In this document: positions 19,942 to 29,789 of the stretch, piece after piece
Numbering within the stretch: position 1 is the stretch's first letter
Layout of the letters: each line of letters begins with the position of its first letter
Source of the DNA: a virus
DNA: 64,000 nt
Strand: one strand, 5' to 3'
IMG/VR virus record: IMGVR_UViG_3300049847_000198
Span: 48,082 to 112,081 of that record
Notes under the pieces: generated by a model
Told to the model about the DNA's origin: nothing
What the model saw: only the letters and a program-made list of their open reading frames with translations
The model's database searches: none
Made by a program: the position numbers and the translations under genes

Positions 19942-20259
19942 TCACCTCCGAAGAGGCCGATCTGCTTGTTCGCTCGATTCAATCCAGGATGCAATTATCG
20001 ACATTGCGACTTCTTCGTTTTCAGCATCTGGTGTAACCATCTTATTCAGATTTTCGCGGCAACAGAGAACGAATCCTTCGTCAGAGAATCCGCTCACCAA
20101 TTCATCCTTTGAGAGCGAGTTCCAATCAACGTCAGATTCAGGAGGAACACCAATAACATCGAGAATCCAATCCTGAATTTTCCAATTAGGGTCTGCGTTG
20201 GAGACGATTCTGATTAGGCGAGACAAGTCTCTCGCAGAAACCGTGAACGATGTTTTCAT
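19942..20259 (-). CDS. Hypothetical protein
   Basis: TAATG coupling to the ParB-like gene. Confidence 0.5.
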   Translation of the reverse strand: MKTSFTVSARDLSRLIRIVSNADPNWKIQDWILDVIGVPPESDVDWNSLSKDELVSGFSDEGFVLCCRENLNKMVTPDAENEEVAMSIIASWIESSEQADRPLRR

Positions 20260-21209
20260 TATCTTGCCTCCGGGTGAATCGCACGAAACTGCATATCGCT
20301 CAGCCAACCACTGCCGCCGCATCTCTGGCAGTCGCCGCCCACGCACTTCGGGCATTCCTTCGCTGGCTTCGACACTCGCAGGCACTCCTGCGCCGACTTG
20401 ATGTGTGCCTTCAGTTCATTCGTCTTGATCCGCTGTCCGCCATGCTCTTCCGTCAGGTCTTCGGCATCCCTCAAAAGATCGCCAAGCCGGTTTATCAACG
20501 CCTGAATCTTCCCAGCCGTCTCTTTTGCCACCTGCCACTTCGTCTGCGTGCCCGCAGGAGCGTTCGCGACAGCTTCCGTGAGCGTTTTAGCCTTCCCGGA
20601 CTTCACGGCTGCTACAGCCTCGATTTGGGCCTCTGGCGGCATATCCGCAATCTTCGAGGCATCGTTCACGCTGACGACGCCGTCGTCGACAGCCTTGACG
20701 ACAGATTCGTCAGCTTCGTTCAAAACTTTCGCCGCACGAAAAGCGGACCTACGTGACGCTCCAGTCTCTGTAGCTGCTTGCTCCACAACATCTTCCGTCG
20801 CTCGCTTTTTTCGAGTGCCACGTGGCACCTGAGTTTCTTCGGCTGCTTTGTCGGGTAATCCCTGCGTTCCGTTGCGATACGCAGCAATGCGTGCTGCCGC
20901 CATCGCTCGGTCCTTCGGCGTCAGGTGCCTGCGATTGATATTCTTCGACTTCACGAACTCCAAAAGAGCGGCATCGAGTTCAGCGTCCGACGTGATGCCG
21001 TCTGGAGGTTCCCACTCACGGTACTGCGGAGCGATTCCAGCGTCACGACAGGCGAGTTGGCGGTTCTTACCATCAAGAACTTGCCCTTCGTAAGTCACGA
21101 TCCAGTCTTCAAGCCCGTTGTCTTTGATCGACTCGACAAGATCGTCGTATTCATCGCCCAAAACATGACCGAAAATTTCGCAGTATGGGTGGTGCGGAAG
21201 CAATTGCAT
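20259..21209 (-). CDS. ParB/Srx-family protein with HTH and C-terminal Zn finger
   Basis: LVESIKDNGL..IV..VLDGKNRQLAC, SKNINRRHLT, HTH AATETGASRRSAFRA, CPKC..CQRC; likely start ATG 21209. Confidence 0.85.
   Translation of the reverse strand: MQLLPHHPYCEIFGHVLGDEYDDLVESIKDNGLEDWIVTYEGQVLDGKNRQLACRDAGIAPQYREWEPPDGITSDAELDAALLEFVKSKNINRRHLTPKDRAMAAARIAAYRNGTQGLPDKAAEETQVPRGTRKKRATEDVVEQAATETGASRRSAFRAAKVLNEADESVVKAVDDGVVSVNDASKIADMPPEAQIEAVAAVKSGKAKTLTEAVANAPAGTQTKWQVAKETAGKIQALINRLGDLLRDAEDLTEEHGGQRIKTNELKAHIKSAQECLRVSKPAKECPKCVGGDCQRCGGSGWLSDMQFRAIHPEAR
20815..20828. repeat. parS-like palindrome (GTGCCACGTGGCAC) inside the ParB-like gene
   Basis: Perfect 14-bp palindrome with full consensus flanks; encodes VPRGT. 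Confidence 0.85.
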
Positions 21210-21309
21210 CAATGAGTCCCTTGTCGGATTGTTTTTGTGTTCAAATTCGAGGTCCTGGAATCGAACCAGTCGTTCGCTTGTGTTCCTATGCCACGAACCC
21301 AGCGTAATT

Positions 21310-21588
21310 CTACGCCTGCCCGACCAACGGGCGTCGCCTCGGTTTTCGCTTCTTTGCCTTCTTGATCCAGACTTCGACTTTCTTGCCACACGCAATCAGT
21401 TCACGGCCTTGATGGCCCATCTCTCCGAAGCCGCTGTAGAACTCCATGTGGCGACCAACAAAATCCAGTATCTCAGCGATCTGAACCAGATGCGGTCCAA
21501 CAGTTCTGTAAGGATCACGGAACTTGATCGCCTTCTTTTTAATCGTCGCCCAGTTCGCCTTCTTCGTAGTCATGTTCGCGTGCCTCAA
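21310..21588 (-). CDS. Hypothetical basic protein
   Basis: ORF within an operon. Confidence 0.5.
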   Translation of the reverse strand: MRHANMTTKKANWATIKKKAIKFRDPYRTVGPHLVQIAEILDFVGRHMEFYSGFGEMGHQGRELIACGKKVEVWIKKAKKRKPRRRPLVGQA

Positions 21589-21607
21589 AAACCGTTCTCA
21601 TTCACAC

Positions 21608-22066
21608 TCAGTGGTGACAAAGAATCCGATCCGCCCAGCAGCAGTGCGTCTGCACAATCGTCAAATTCCAGACTGGCTGAACCTCTTCGATCCCGACATC
21701 AACCACGGGCTGCCATGACGCCGACAGGTAATCACTCGCTGCCACCAAAACCTTATCGTCGATCTGCATACTGCCTGCCGGCTTCCAGACTGCCGAACCA
21801 TCTTCGTGCTTCACAAGAACTGGCAACTCCAACGTGCAGACAACTCGCGACGTCAGCGTTGCGAAAGAAACACACATCCGATTCTTGAGTCGCTTGTAGC
21901 GCTCTATCTTACGATAGCACTTCATGCCGTCCCAGATCGTCGCGATTGACTCTGGATGCAAATGCGAAAGTTCATCGACACGCATCGCTCCGATGTCCGT
22001 TTGAATCAGCGTGCAACCAGCGAAACCTTCGTTTCCGAGATGCGGAATGTATAGGTCTGGCGTCAC
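21608..22066 (-). CDS. Stand-alone, apparently inactive Hint-domain protein
   Basis: GFAGCTLIQTDIGAMRVDEL, WKPAGSMQIDDKV, PVWNLTIVQTHCCWADRILCHH. Confidence 0.7.
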   Translation of the reverse strand: MTPDLYIPHLGNEGFAGCTLIQTDIGAMRVDELSHLHPESIATIWDGMKCYRKIERYKRLKNRMCVSFATLTSRVVCTLELPVLVKHEDGSAVWKPAGSMQIDDKVLVAASDYLSASWQPVVDVGIEEVQPVWNLTIVQTHCCWADRILCHH

Positions 22067-22432
22067 TCAGTTTTTCTCCGTGTCTGATCTCAGGTATTCA
22101 TCGGTCATGTCGCAAACCAACTGGTTTACATCAAGCAGCCCGACGATTTCATCTTTTTCTGGAAGTTCGCATTCTTGCAGATCGTTTGGGTCGATCCCAA
22201 AAACATCCCTCTCGTGCGTCGCGATGAAGTTGTATTTCGCGCTGACGCGAACCGTAACAGTGCCATCCTCGTTAAAAGACCTGACTGTGACTCGCTGCTT
22301 AGTGCTTGTCATTCGATAGAGACGATCAACAGGAAGTCGCTCGCAAACAACGCGAACGCAATCAGGACGACTGGCAACCCAATCGCTCCAATTCCGTTTT
22401 TGAACTTCGTCCCACTCAACTACCTTGGCCAT
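22067..22432 (-). CDS. Conserved phage hypothetical protein
   Basis: WVASRP...EDGTVTV...VFGIDPNDL. Confidence 0.6.
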   Translation of the reverse strand: MAKVVEWDEVQKRNWSDWVASRPDCVRVVCERLPVDRLYRMTSTKQRVTVRSFNEDGTVTVRVSAKYNFIATHERDVFGIDPNDLQECELPEKDEIVGLLDVNQLVCDMTDEYLRSDTEKN

Positions 22433-22884
22433 TATTCGTCATCCACTGTTCTCAGCTTATAGAACTCGTTCACGGTCACTGCCCTGCAGCGCGGCAATCG
22501 ACGTTCGATCTCGCGTGCCACGCGAATGTCTTCGTGGCAGCATTGGATTGCCGTCCAACCCCAGCGGTTCATGCCGCCAAGAAAACGGTCCACATCGAAC
22601 GGCTTGTTGAACGTGACGCCTTCTTCTTTCGTCTCAGGATCACCAAGCTGGATGCGAAACCGATCCTTGTAGGTGTTGTATTCGACTTCCACTGCAACCG
22701 CTTTCAGCGGCTTGATGTAGAAGCCGGCATCACCCGCCACAGGCCAGTTCGGAACCCTCACGCTCTGCTTGAACGCGACAACGAGACCGTCAGAAAAACT
22801 CGCATTCGCAAAGACGGTAGCATTTGTCATTACGAGGTCCGAGACGATTGCACGGACCTCGGCGGCATCTTCTTCGGTGAGCAT
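22432..22884 (-). CDS. Hypothetical protein
   Basis: Coupled ORF. Confidence 0.55.
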   Translation of the reverse strand: MLTEEDAAEVRAIVSDLVMTNATVFANASFSDGLVVAFKQSVRVPNWPVAGDAGFYIKPLKAVAVEVEYNTYKDRFRIQLGDPETKEEGVTFNKPFDVDRFLGGMNRWGWTAIQCCHEDIRVAREIERRLPRCRAVTVNEFYKLRTVDDE

Positions 22885-22896
22885 CTTTGTCTTTCT

Positions 22897-23277
22897 TTAG
22901 AAACGTAAACCGGAACTTGTCTTCGGAAGATTCAAAACAACTGCGTCAACTTCTTCTTGTGTGATCCGATTCGGAGCACGTAGTTCAGGATCGCGTATTC
23001 TAAGCCATGCTTGTAAGTCGTAACTCGAAAAATCCCGATCTCGCTTAACGGCCAACTGAACGACGTGGTCGAGAGTATCAAAAACTCCTGAGTGGCACTT
23101 CTCGCATAACTTCAAAAGATTCATCGGGCAATCGCGAAAAGCCGAACTCGAAGCCGAACGCCTTTCGATGTGGTGAACTTGCAGCCCAAGCCATCCACCC
23201 GTCGAACCGCACCACATGCAGCACGCAGGGACCGAATCAACCCAATCGGAAATCTTGCACTCAGAACGGCGTCGCAT
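22897..23277 (-). CDS. HNH endonuclease (next to terminase small subunit)
   Basis: CMWCG...QVHHI...NLLKLCEKCH. Confidence 0.8.
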   Translation of the reverse strand: MRRRSECKISDWVDSVPACCMWCGSTGGWLGLQVHHIERRSASSSAFRDCPMNLLKLCEKCHSGVFDTLDHVVQLAVKRDRDFSSYDLQAWLRIRDPELRAPNRITQEEVDAVVLNLPKTSSGLRF

Positions 23278-23911
23278 CGTGCTTCGCTTCTTCTTTCTTT
23301 TCGATCACCGTCGCCTCGACAGGCTTCGGAACATTCTTGTCCATGATCCGAAGCACGCCCTGCTGTTGCAACATCTCCAGCGAGGCGATCTGCTTCAGTT
23401 CTTCTCGCGATAGATTTTTGAGCGAAACCTGGACATCATGTAAATGGTGCTGGCTGACGTTCAACTGCTTCGGAACCTTCCAGCCATTAGCGTCCAAGAT
23501 CGTTTCCGTTGCCGCCAAAGCCGTGTTCGCCCATCGCGGGTCAGCCCGGTTCTGCTCGATTACAGTTCGCGTCTTCGTTCCAACCACTTCGTCGTACTCG
23601 TCGCCATCGTCTGTCTTCTTTTTTCGGGTGATCGTGTCCACGAACTTCTTGCGTGTCGGCTTCTTGCTCTCGTCGAATTCTCGCCTCGCCATCAGATAGA
23701 TTTCATTCATTCGCTCTGTGTGAAAATCTCTCTGATAGTCCGCTCGCGTCGTGAACCGATCCTCGTTTTCTTTACTGACCTCTTCGCAGATCGCTTTGAC
23801 TTCAACTGGAGACGAAACGTGAAAGAACTTGGCAGCCTGATTGAACGTCAAGCCGTCGATATTGACCGCTCGATGAATCGCGAACTTCTTTTCAGGGCTG
23901 ATTGCTGCCAT
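23261..23911 (-). CDS. Putative terminase small subunit
   Basis: N-terminal HTH; ADPRWANTAL..ILDANG; LKNLSREELKQI. Confidence 0.6.
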   Translation of the reverse strand: MAAISPEKKFAIHRAVNIDGLTFNQAAKFFHVSSPVEVKAICEEVSKENEDRFTTRADYQRDFHTERMNEIYLMARREFDESKKPTRKKFVDTITRKKKTDDGDEYDEVVGTKTRTVIEQNRADPRWANTALAATETILDANGWKVPKQLNVSQHHLHDVQVSLKNLSREELKQIASLEMLQQQGVLRIMDKNVPKPVEATVIEKKEEAKHDATPF

Positions 23912-23923
23912 TGTTCAACGCGC

Positions 23924-24841
23924 TCAGAATGGAACGAAAGTCGAATCCTTCGGGATATTCGTGCCCTCATGGTATCCGTTCTCTGGAACTTGTGAAGACT
24001 GTTGCGGAGCCGGTTGCTGATACTGAGGCTGTTGTTGAGGTGCCGCCTGTTGCGGCGGGAAGTATTGCTGCTGCGGTTGCTGAGGCGGCGGTTGTTGCTG
24101 CTGACTCGTTCCTCGCTGTAGTTCCTCGAATTGACCTGGAGTAAACTGCGCCTTGCATCCGCCGCTTTTGGGATAACAGTATCCACCAAAAAGACCGCTG
24201 TTTTTGGGAGTGTCGTAGGACGACTTTCCGACAGCCTCGACTCCGCAGTACGGACAAACGAGATTCACGAACTTGCCACCGCCTCCCTGTGGTTGCTGCT
24301 GTGGTGCCTGTTGTTGCGGAGCGTTCTGCGGAGGCGGCTGATATTGAGACTGTTGCGGCTGACTCTGTGGTCGCTGAGACGGTGGCGGAGTCTGAAATCG
24401 TGGTTCGCGATTCGATTGCAGTTCGTGCGTCTCGTAGTCTGGATCGACGGCGACAGTCGGAATACAGAGCATCTGAAAAAGCGCGTATTTGTAACCGGAA
24501 CTGAGACTTTTGTTGGAACTTTTGTCCCCACTGTCCATCCCTTCACCAACAACCTGAGTCGAGACACTTGACCCGTCTTCAGCCCAGAACGTGTATTCGA
24601 GGGTCAGCAGCGTGTACGCCATCGTGCCGCCAGCCTTGGTCTGCTTCTCTTCGCGGTGCTGGCCAAGAACCTTGCATGTCGGGAACACGCGATACTTCGC
24701 AAGCAGCGGATGGATCGCCGCGTAGACTTGGTCGATGCCGCGAAACCAAAAGTTCTGGGACTCGTTCTTGCGGTCTTTGCCAATCGCGTCAATCTCGTTG
24801 AGAATGTTCGAGATCGCACCGTAGATTTTGCCTTCACTCAT
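23924..24841 (-). CDS. ERF-family ssDNA annealing protein
   Basis: FRGIDQVY..HPLLAKY, GEGMDSGDKSSNK...YKYALFQ; Gln/Pro linkers, Zn ribbon, VPF tail. Confidence 0.85.
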   Translation of the reverse strand: MSEGKIYGAISNILNEIDAIGKDRKNESQNFWFRGIDQVYAAIHPLLAKYRVFPTCKVLGQHREEKQTKAGGTMAYTLLTLEYTFWAEDGSSVSTQVVGEGMDSGDKSSNKSLSSGYKYALFQMLCIPTVAVDPDYETHELQSNREPRFQTPPPSQRPQSQPQQSQYQPPPQNAPQQQAPQQQPQGGGGKFVNLVCPYCGVEAVGKSSYDTPKNSGLFGGYCYPKSGGCKAQFTPGQFEELQRGTSQQQQPPPQQPQQQYFPPQQAAPQQQPQYQQPAPQQSSQVPENGYHEGTNIPKDSTFVPF

Positions 24842-24851
24842 TTTTTCGCTC

Positions 24852-25139
24852 CTAATACTTTGGTTTGCGTTTCATTGCTTCGGCGACATCAACGATGTTC
24901 GCATCTTTCAAGAACTTCTCAGCGTCTTCTTGGACCTTGTAAAACTGATCGAACGAACCACCAGTGCAGCACAGTCCGCTCGCCGCGTGAGCGATTGCGT
25001 ATACGTCTCCGACAATCTTCCTTAGCGATTTCAGCAAAGAATAACTATCAACGTCGTTCATGTCCGTCGCCAGTCCTTCGATGACCAACAACGCTCGACG
25101 CATTCGATCTTCAGCGGACATTTCTTTGATTGGAGTCAT
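24852..25139 (-). CDS. Hypothetical protein
   Basis: ATGA-coupled ORF. Confidence 0.5.
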   Translation of the reverse strand: MTPIKEMSAEDRMRRALLVIEGLATDMNDVDSYSLLKSLRKIVGDVYAIAHAASGLCCTGGSFDQFYKVQEDAEKFLKDANIVDVAEAMKRKPKY

Positions 25140-25450
25140 GGCTTCTTCTTCGTGAATCGGAACACCGCAGGTCCGGTTTCGTTGTATCCAGGCTTTTCGT
25201 AAAGGACTCCCCATCCAGCCTCTCGGTAAATGTCCTCAACGTCCAAGTAATGCTTGGAGAAAATCTCTTCTCTTGTAGCCGCTAAAGCCGAATCGTGGCC
25301 GACAATCAAAGCGATCACGTCATCTTGCTTGAATGAAGAGTCGCGACCGTCCCATCGCTCAGCGATCAGTTTGTTGAATGCGTCGATTACGAAGTCTGGC
25401 AGCGACTCACGTTTCTTTTCGACAACTTCTTCAGGAGTAATTGGTTTCAT
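25136..25450 (-). CDS. Conserved phage hypothetical protein
   Basis: KPITPEEV...FNKLI...LDVEDIYREAGW.V.YEKPGYNE. Confidence 0.65.
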   Translation of the reverse strand: MKPITPEEVVEKKRESLPDFVIDAFNKLIAERWDGRDSSFKQDDVIALIVGHDSALAATREEIFSKHYLDVEDIYREAGWGVLYEKPGYNETGPAVFRFTKKKP

Positions 25451-26358
25451 TACAGGATCACCACCGCTTGCGTCATCGGGTTAAACAACATCAGGTCGTC
25501 ACGCAGCCTGACCAAAGAACGATCAATCGGTTCTCGCTTCTTCAAGAACTCAAACAGATCGTCATCCACCTTGCGGTTCACAATCGGGAACCCTTCCATC
25601 GTCTTCATCTTCTCGACGGAACCATACGCCTCAAGAAGTGTTGACGCCGTCTGAAGTCCGACGCCGTGGCATCCCTTTACCCTATCCGTCGCATCTCCCG
25701 CCAGCACCTGCATGTCCAAAAACTGAGTCCATTCGCAGTTCCAGTCCGTCGCTGCGTCATCAGCCCGATAAAACTGCCACGACGGAACCCCATACTCATT
25801 CCGAACGCGACGCTGCATGTTCACTTTTCCTGGAACCATACACTGCCGCATATCTTTATCAACACACATCATCACACACTTCTTCTCACGTCGTACTGCC
25901 GCCTTAGCGATCGTCGCCATGCAGTCGTCAGCTTCCCACGCTTGAGCGACGCAGAGTTGGAGTTTATCCTCGAAGTTCTGGTCGATCTCGTTCAACAGGC
26001 ATTGATACATGCCCCAATACTCGGCGGGAACAGCCGAACGCATCCGCTTGTAGTTTGGGTCGATGATCTTTCGTTCCGAGTCGCCTGAATCAAGACAGAT
26101 AAACGCACGCTCTGGTTCAAGCCTCTCAAGCGACCAAGTGATCTCGTTCATCACCGTGTCGATTGTTTTCTCGACCGCATCGGTCGTCAGTTTTTCGTCA
26201 CGCGGATATCCGAGACACTCGTGAATCTTCTGTGCGACTCCGTAGTCCGCCGCATACCACGAATCGTCCGTGTAATACTTGGAGGAGTACGAAGCCCAAC
26301 ACATTCGGGACAACCACGGAAGGTCACAGGCCCACCACAAAGAACTTCCTTCAGCCAT
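25450..26358 (-). CDS. 5'-3' exonuclease / flap endonuclease (PolI N-terminal type)
   Basis: RKIIDPNYKRMR, EADDCMAT, DKDMRQ, LAGDATD.VKG..GVG..TA. Confidence 0.88.
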   Translation of the reverse strand: MAEGSSLWWACDLPWLSRMCWASYSSKYYTDDSWYAADYGVAQKIHECLGYPRDEKLTTDAVEKTIDTVMNEITWSLERLEPERAFICLDSGDSERKIIDPNYKRMRSAVPAEYWGMYQCLLNEIDQNFEDKLQLCVAQAWEADDCMATIAKAAVRREKKCVMMCVDKDMRQCMVPGKVNMQRRVRNEYGVPSWQFYRADDAATDWNCEWTQFLDMQVLAGDATDRVKGCHGVGLQTASTLLEAYGSVEKMKTMEGFPIVNRKVDDDLFEFLKKREPIDRSLVRLRDDLMLFNPMTQAVVIL

Positions 26359-26364
26359 GAACTG

Positions 26365-26766
26365 CTACTCCTTGCCAAGTTCTTTTTCGATCTTCTCGTC
26401 AACCGCCAAGAGCATCTCGCAACACTGACGCTCAACAAGATTTCGTAGAGCACGCAAAGCCTTCAGCTTCGACGAAAACAAATCCAATCCGCCTTGCGTC
26501 GTCGTCTTATTCGGGAACCCTTCGTTCTCGAAGTTTGTCCCGTGATAATGCGACTTTGTAAGCGACGGAAGAACCTTTCGCGTGTATTCGTTGATCGTGT
26601 AGCCGCACAAGAAATCCGAAGAGTTTTTCGGTCGAGGAACGTCTGGTGGTTCAGCCTTGGCCGTCAAATGAAACGCGGACAGAAGACGCAGTTCTTGCGT
26701 GATGTCATCGAACCGCTTCTGTTCCTTCTTGCTGATTGCCATCTTCTTTGCCTTTCGTTTCGCCAA
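26365..26766 (-). CDS. Hypothetical protein
   Basis: ORF track; start uncertain. Confidence 0.5.
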   Translation of the reverse strand: MAKRKAKKMAISKKEQKRFDDITQELRLLSAFHLTAKAEPPDVPRPKNSSDFLCGYTINEYTRKVLPSLTKSHYHGTNFENEGFPNKTTTQGGLDLFSSKLKALRALRNLVERQCCEMLLAVDEKIEKELGKE

Positions 26767-27028
26767 TCACGTCTTCGATCTTCACCGGCACTCCAACGGA
26801 CCATCCGTTCGGCGGCGCAACCACTTGTCCGAACGTCTGTCGATCCAAGCCTTGCTTCGGTCCCGTGAACTCAGTCACGCCTTGGCGTATCTGGTCGCCA
26901 TATCGAATCTCTGGCGGCAAGCACTGCTTGATTGCGTTGCCGAGCGTCATCAAGTCCGCGAGCGAGAGTTCGTGCTCCGTTTCGCCGATCTTGACTTTGT
27001 AGTTGCCGGGACTGATTTCGATGTTCAT
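26705..27028 (-). CDS. Hypothetical protein
   Basis: ATGA-coupled ORF. Confidence 0.45.
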   Translation of the reverse strand: MNIEISPGNYKVKIGETEHELSLADLMTLGNAIKQCLPPEIRYGDQIRQGVTEFTGPKQGLDRQTFGQVVAPPNGWSVGVPVKIEDVIGETKGKEDGNQQEGTEAVR

Positions 27029-27276
27029 TCGCAAATCATTTCGTATCTGGTGTTGAAAACATTCGCCTTGCACGGATAAGCCAGCAATTCGCATCCGGGT
27101 TCGATAATCACCCAGTCCCCATCCGCGAGATACACTTTCTGTCCGTGAATCGTTTCGACGTAGAACATATAGCCGTCACACTTCACGACAGGTCCGCGAC
27201 TCAAGAAGGGGAGCGGCTTTCCATAGAAGAACTGCTCTGCCGCAACAGTGACTGGCTTGTTCCTGTATATCGCCAT
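27025..27276 (-). CDS. Conserved phage protein
   Basis: YRNKPVTVAAEQF...GDWVI...YPCK..VF..RYE. Confidence 0.7.
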   Translation of the reverse strand: MAIYRNKPVTVAAEQFFYGKPLPFLSRGPVVKCDGYMFYVETIHGQKVYLADGDWVIIEPGCELLAYPCKANVFNTRYEMICE

Positions 27277-27422
27277 TGCTTGCCTTTCAAAGCCTCTGCG
27301 TAGTTTTGCGGCTATTTACTACCACGAAGGCGTCAGCCATCGGCGGCTTGCCAAAACCGCAACTCAGAGCACGCCTGAATTTCGTATCGGCATTTTAATC
27401 GCGTTCTCCAAAAGAAACAAGC

Positions 27423-29366
27423 CTACCGTCCAGCGATCACGGATTTCCTCAGTTCCTCCGCCCAGTTCACGGAGCCGAGCGACTGAAAATCCTTGCCGAA
27501 CTTTGCCTCGTACAGTTCTTCGCTGATCGTTTCTTCTTTGCCGCTCCAATACAGAACCTGAACCAGCTTGGACTGCTTGTCGCGGTACACGTCCTTCACC
27601 TCCATCGCTGGATCGAACTGTCGCACGAGGTTGTCGCCGAACTCAGGGAGTTCACGCACGGCTTGAAAAAGCAGCCATGCCGCGTCAGCACGGTCAGACG
27701 AACGTCCGATCTTTTCTTCAACGCTCTGCCGATTATCCAAAGCGACCGTAGACTTCTGTGTCGGCTTCTTGCGTTTGTCGTTCAAGCGATACTGTCCTGG
27801 CTTGCCTGTGAATACCTTCTCGTGAGCGAACAGTTCTTCCCACAACGGAGCGGCATACGAATCGTTCGGAATCAGCCACGGCGTCAGATTCATCTCAGGG
27901 TCAATCGCGTCTGCAAACTCGCCGCAAATCTCCGCACGGCGATTCATGTATTGCATCTTGTCACGCTCGGCGGCAGCGCCGAACTCCACCTTGATGACCC
28001 ATGCTCCGTCCTTCTCAAGATTGTCTGCCAAGCCCTTGCCGACCCCGGTGTAGTCGATGCCAATCGGAACCATGCCTTCGTAGATTCTGAGTCCACGCCC
28101 AAGGCATATCTCAGCGAACGCTCCCTGCAACTCTGCCTGATTCTGAATCTTCTCAAGAACGATCTCTTTGATACCGACGTTGTCGCCAAAAACAAAACAG
28201 CTTGGGTCGCCACGCTTCGATGCGCCAACGTCCACTCCAACCGCTCGTGCCGTAATCAGCGACTCTTTTTCGATCCACTTGTCGCCAAGAATTCGCGGCC
28301 ACGCCGAACCGTAGATTTCAAACTCACTGCCTGTCTTCGGGAACCGACCATACGCTCGCCACTCCCTGTCTTTTGTTTCTTCGACGCTCTGGAAGATGTC
28401 CAGCGTCCCCTGTCCGGGAATCAACGGCTTGATGTCTTTTGTGAACTCGTCAGGAATGAACTCGCCGGGAGCGAACTTCCTGCCACGGACATGAATCCCT
28501 TTCGGCGGCGATATTCGATTCGATAGTCTGTTCGCCTTCACGTTGACGCAGTGCATCAACCCGATCGACTGAAGCCGTCTCGGACCCGTTGAAGAGTTCT
28601 GTGTGATGATTCCTGACTCAAACGTCTTGGCAGCGGCATATGCTCTGTAGAACCAGCCTGACGGAGCACGCGGATTCGAAATGGCGATAAAGAACCGCAC
28701 CTGAGACAAGGCGTCGTTGTAGTAATTTTCTGGACAACCCGATGCCTCGTCCACGCAAATAAGCGTACAGGGGGCGTTAGTATACGAATCATAGCTGTGG
28801 TAGCCAGAAAGTCCTTCGCCAGACTCCGTGTTGACGATCTTGATGAAGTGGCTGTCCTTGCCGATCTCTTCGATACGTTCCTTCTGCACGTCTACCTGAG
28901 AGATGCCCATCTTGTACGACGACATTCGCAGTCTCCACGTCTTCGCTTCTCCAAAAAGATTGTCGCGGACGTGCCCGTTGTTCGGTCCAATCAGGATGAT
29001 CTTGCAGTTCGTGAACCTCTCGAACCAGATATTGACTATCAAGCCTCCGACCGTGAAACCTTTTCCCAACTTCGTTGCACCGCTAACGAAAAGCTGTGTG
29101 TGCCGGTTGTCAAACACCGAGCGGATTGCATCGACCTGAAAGTCATCGAGTCTGAGATCGAGGTTGTCTTTTCTTTCGAGGTGCTTGGCGAACTCAGCAC
29201 GTTCTTCCATGTCCGTGATGATGAGTTCTGGCCACTCGAATCGAATCAGCGGGAACGGGTCTCCTTCTTCAAGGAGATCGAGCATCGCTAATTCGCGAGT
29301 CGCTAGTTTGCTGCGTAGAAGGTCTGCGTCGAAAAGCTGGTACGACGGCTGTTGGTCTTGATCCAT
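27423..29366 (-). CDS. terL: Terminase large subunit
   Basis: Walker A SGATKLGKG, Walker B CVDEASG, ISNP, nuclease GVDVG..GD, IGIDYTGVG, NRRAE, SSDRADA. Confidence 0.9.
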   Translation of the reverse strand: MDQDQQPSYQLFDADLLRSKLATRELAMLDLLEEGDPFPLIRFEWPELIITDMEERAEFAKHLERKDNLDLRLDDFQVDAIRSVFDNRHTQLFVSGATKLGKGFTVGGLIVNIWFERFTNCKIILIGPNNGHVRDNLFGEAKTWRLRMSSYKMGISQVDVQKERIEEIGKDSHFIKIVNTESGEGLSGYHSYDSYTNAPCTLICVDEASGCPENYYNDALSQVRFFIAISNPRAPSGWFYRAYAAAKTFESGIITQNSSTGPRRLQSIGLMHCVNVKANRLSNRISPPKGIHVRGRKFAPGEFIPDEFTKDIKPLIPGQGTLDIFQSVEETKDREWRAYGRFPKTGSEFEIYGSAWPRILGDKWIEKESLITARAVGVDVGASKRGDPSCFVFGDNVGIKEIVLEKIQNQAELQGAFAEICLGRGLRIYEGMVPIGIDYTGVGKGLADNLEKDGAWVIKVEFGAAAERDKMQYMNRRAEICGEFADAIDPEMNLTPWLIPNDSYAAPLWEELFAHEKVFTGKPGQYRLNDKRKKPTQKSTVALDNRQSVEEKIGRSSDRADAAWLLFQAVRELPEFGDNLVRQFDPAMEVKDVYRDKQSKLVQVLYWSGKEETISEELYEAKFGKDFQSLGSVNWAEELRKSVIAGR

Positions 29367-29375
29367 TGCGCAAGA

Positions 29376-29789
29376 CTACGTTGGTTCCACTAGATTCTCA
29401 ATCCGAAACGTCAGTGGACCACACTTGCCAGTGCGTGTTTCGACAGAGTCAGACCAAGTCCAGCGAAAAAGTAGGCAGTGAGTTTCTGAACTTCCATATG
29501 CCAGATTGCCGATCAAAACCGTGTCGTCAGGACCAAGACGCAACGTCAGCGTTCCGTTGCTTGCCACTGCGCCGTTATTGGCGTCCAAGACGTTCTGGTT
29601 CTCGCGACCATTGATGACAGTTCTTGTGTCTCTGTCGTACTGCGTGCAGACCAAAGAAATCAACGCCGCCTTAGCGATTGCATTGCCGTCCATGTCCTTA
29701 AAAACGACGACGAGATTTCCGCTCTCTCCCTCTTGGAAGACTGCGTCCTCGCCATCGCCATCTTGAAGCACCGTCGCCATCGGCTTCAC
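29376..29789 (-). CDS. Putative virion structural protein (Ig-like)
   Basis: Beta-strand-rich; within the fibre gene cluster. Confidence 0.5.
   Translation of the reverse strand: MKPMATVLQDGDGEDAVFQEGESGNLVVVFKDMDGNAIAKAALISLVCTQYDRDTRTVINGRENQNVLDANNGAVASNGTLTLRLGPDDTVLIGNLAYGSSETHCLLFRWTWSDSVETRTGKCGPLTFRIENLVEPT

Noticed and set aside
21210-21395. N-terminal extension of ParB given in the ORF track
   Set aside because: Overlaps the upstream gene and a structured element; the ParB-like sequence starts at ATG 21209.
27290-27372. Intergenic inverted repeat downstream of terL as an ncRNA
   Set aside because: Pairing is imperfect and no recognisable motif is present.
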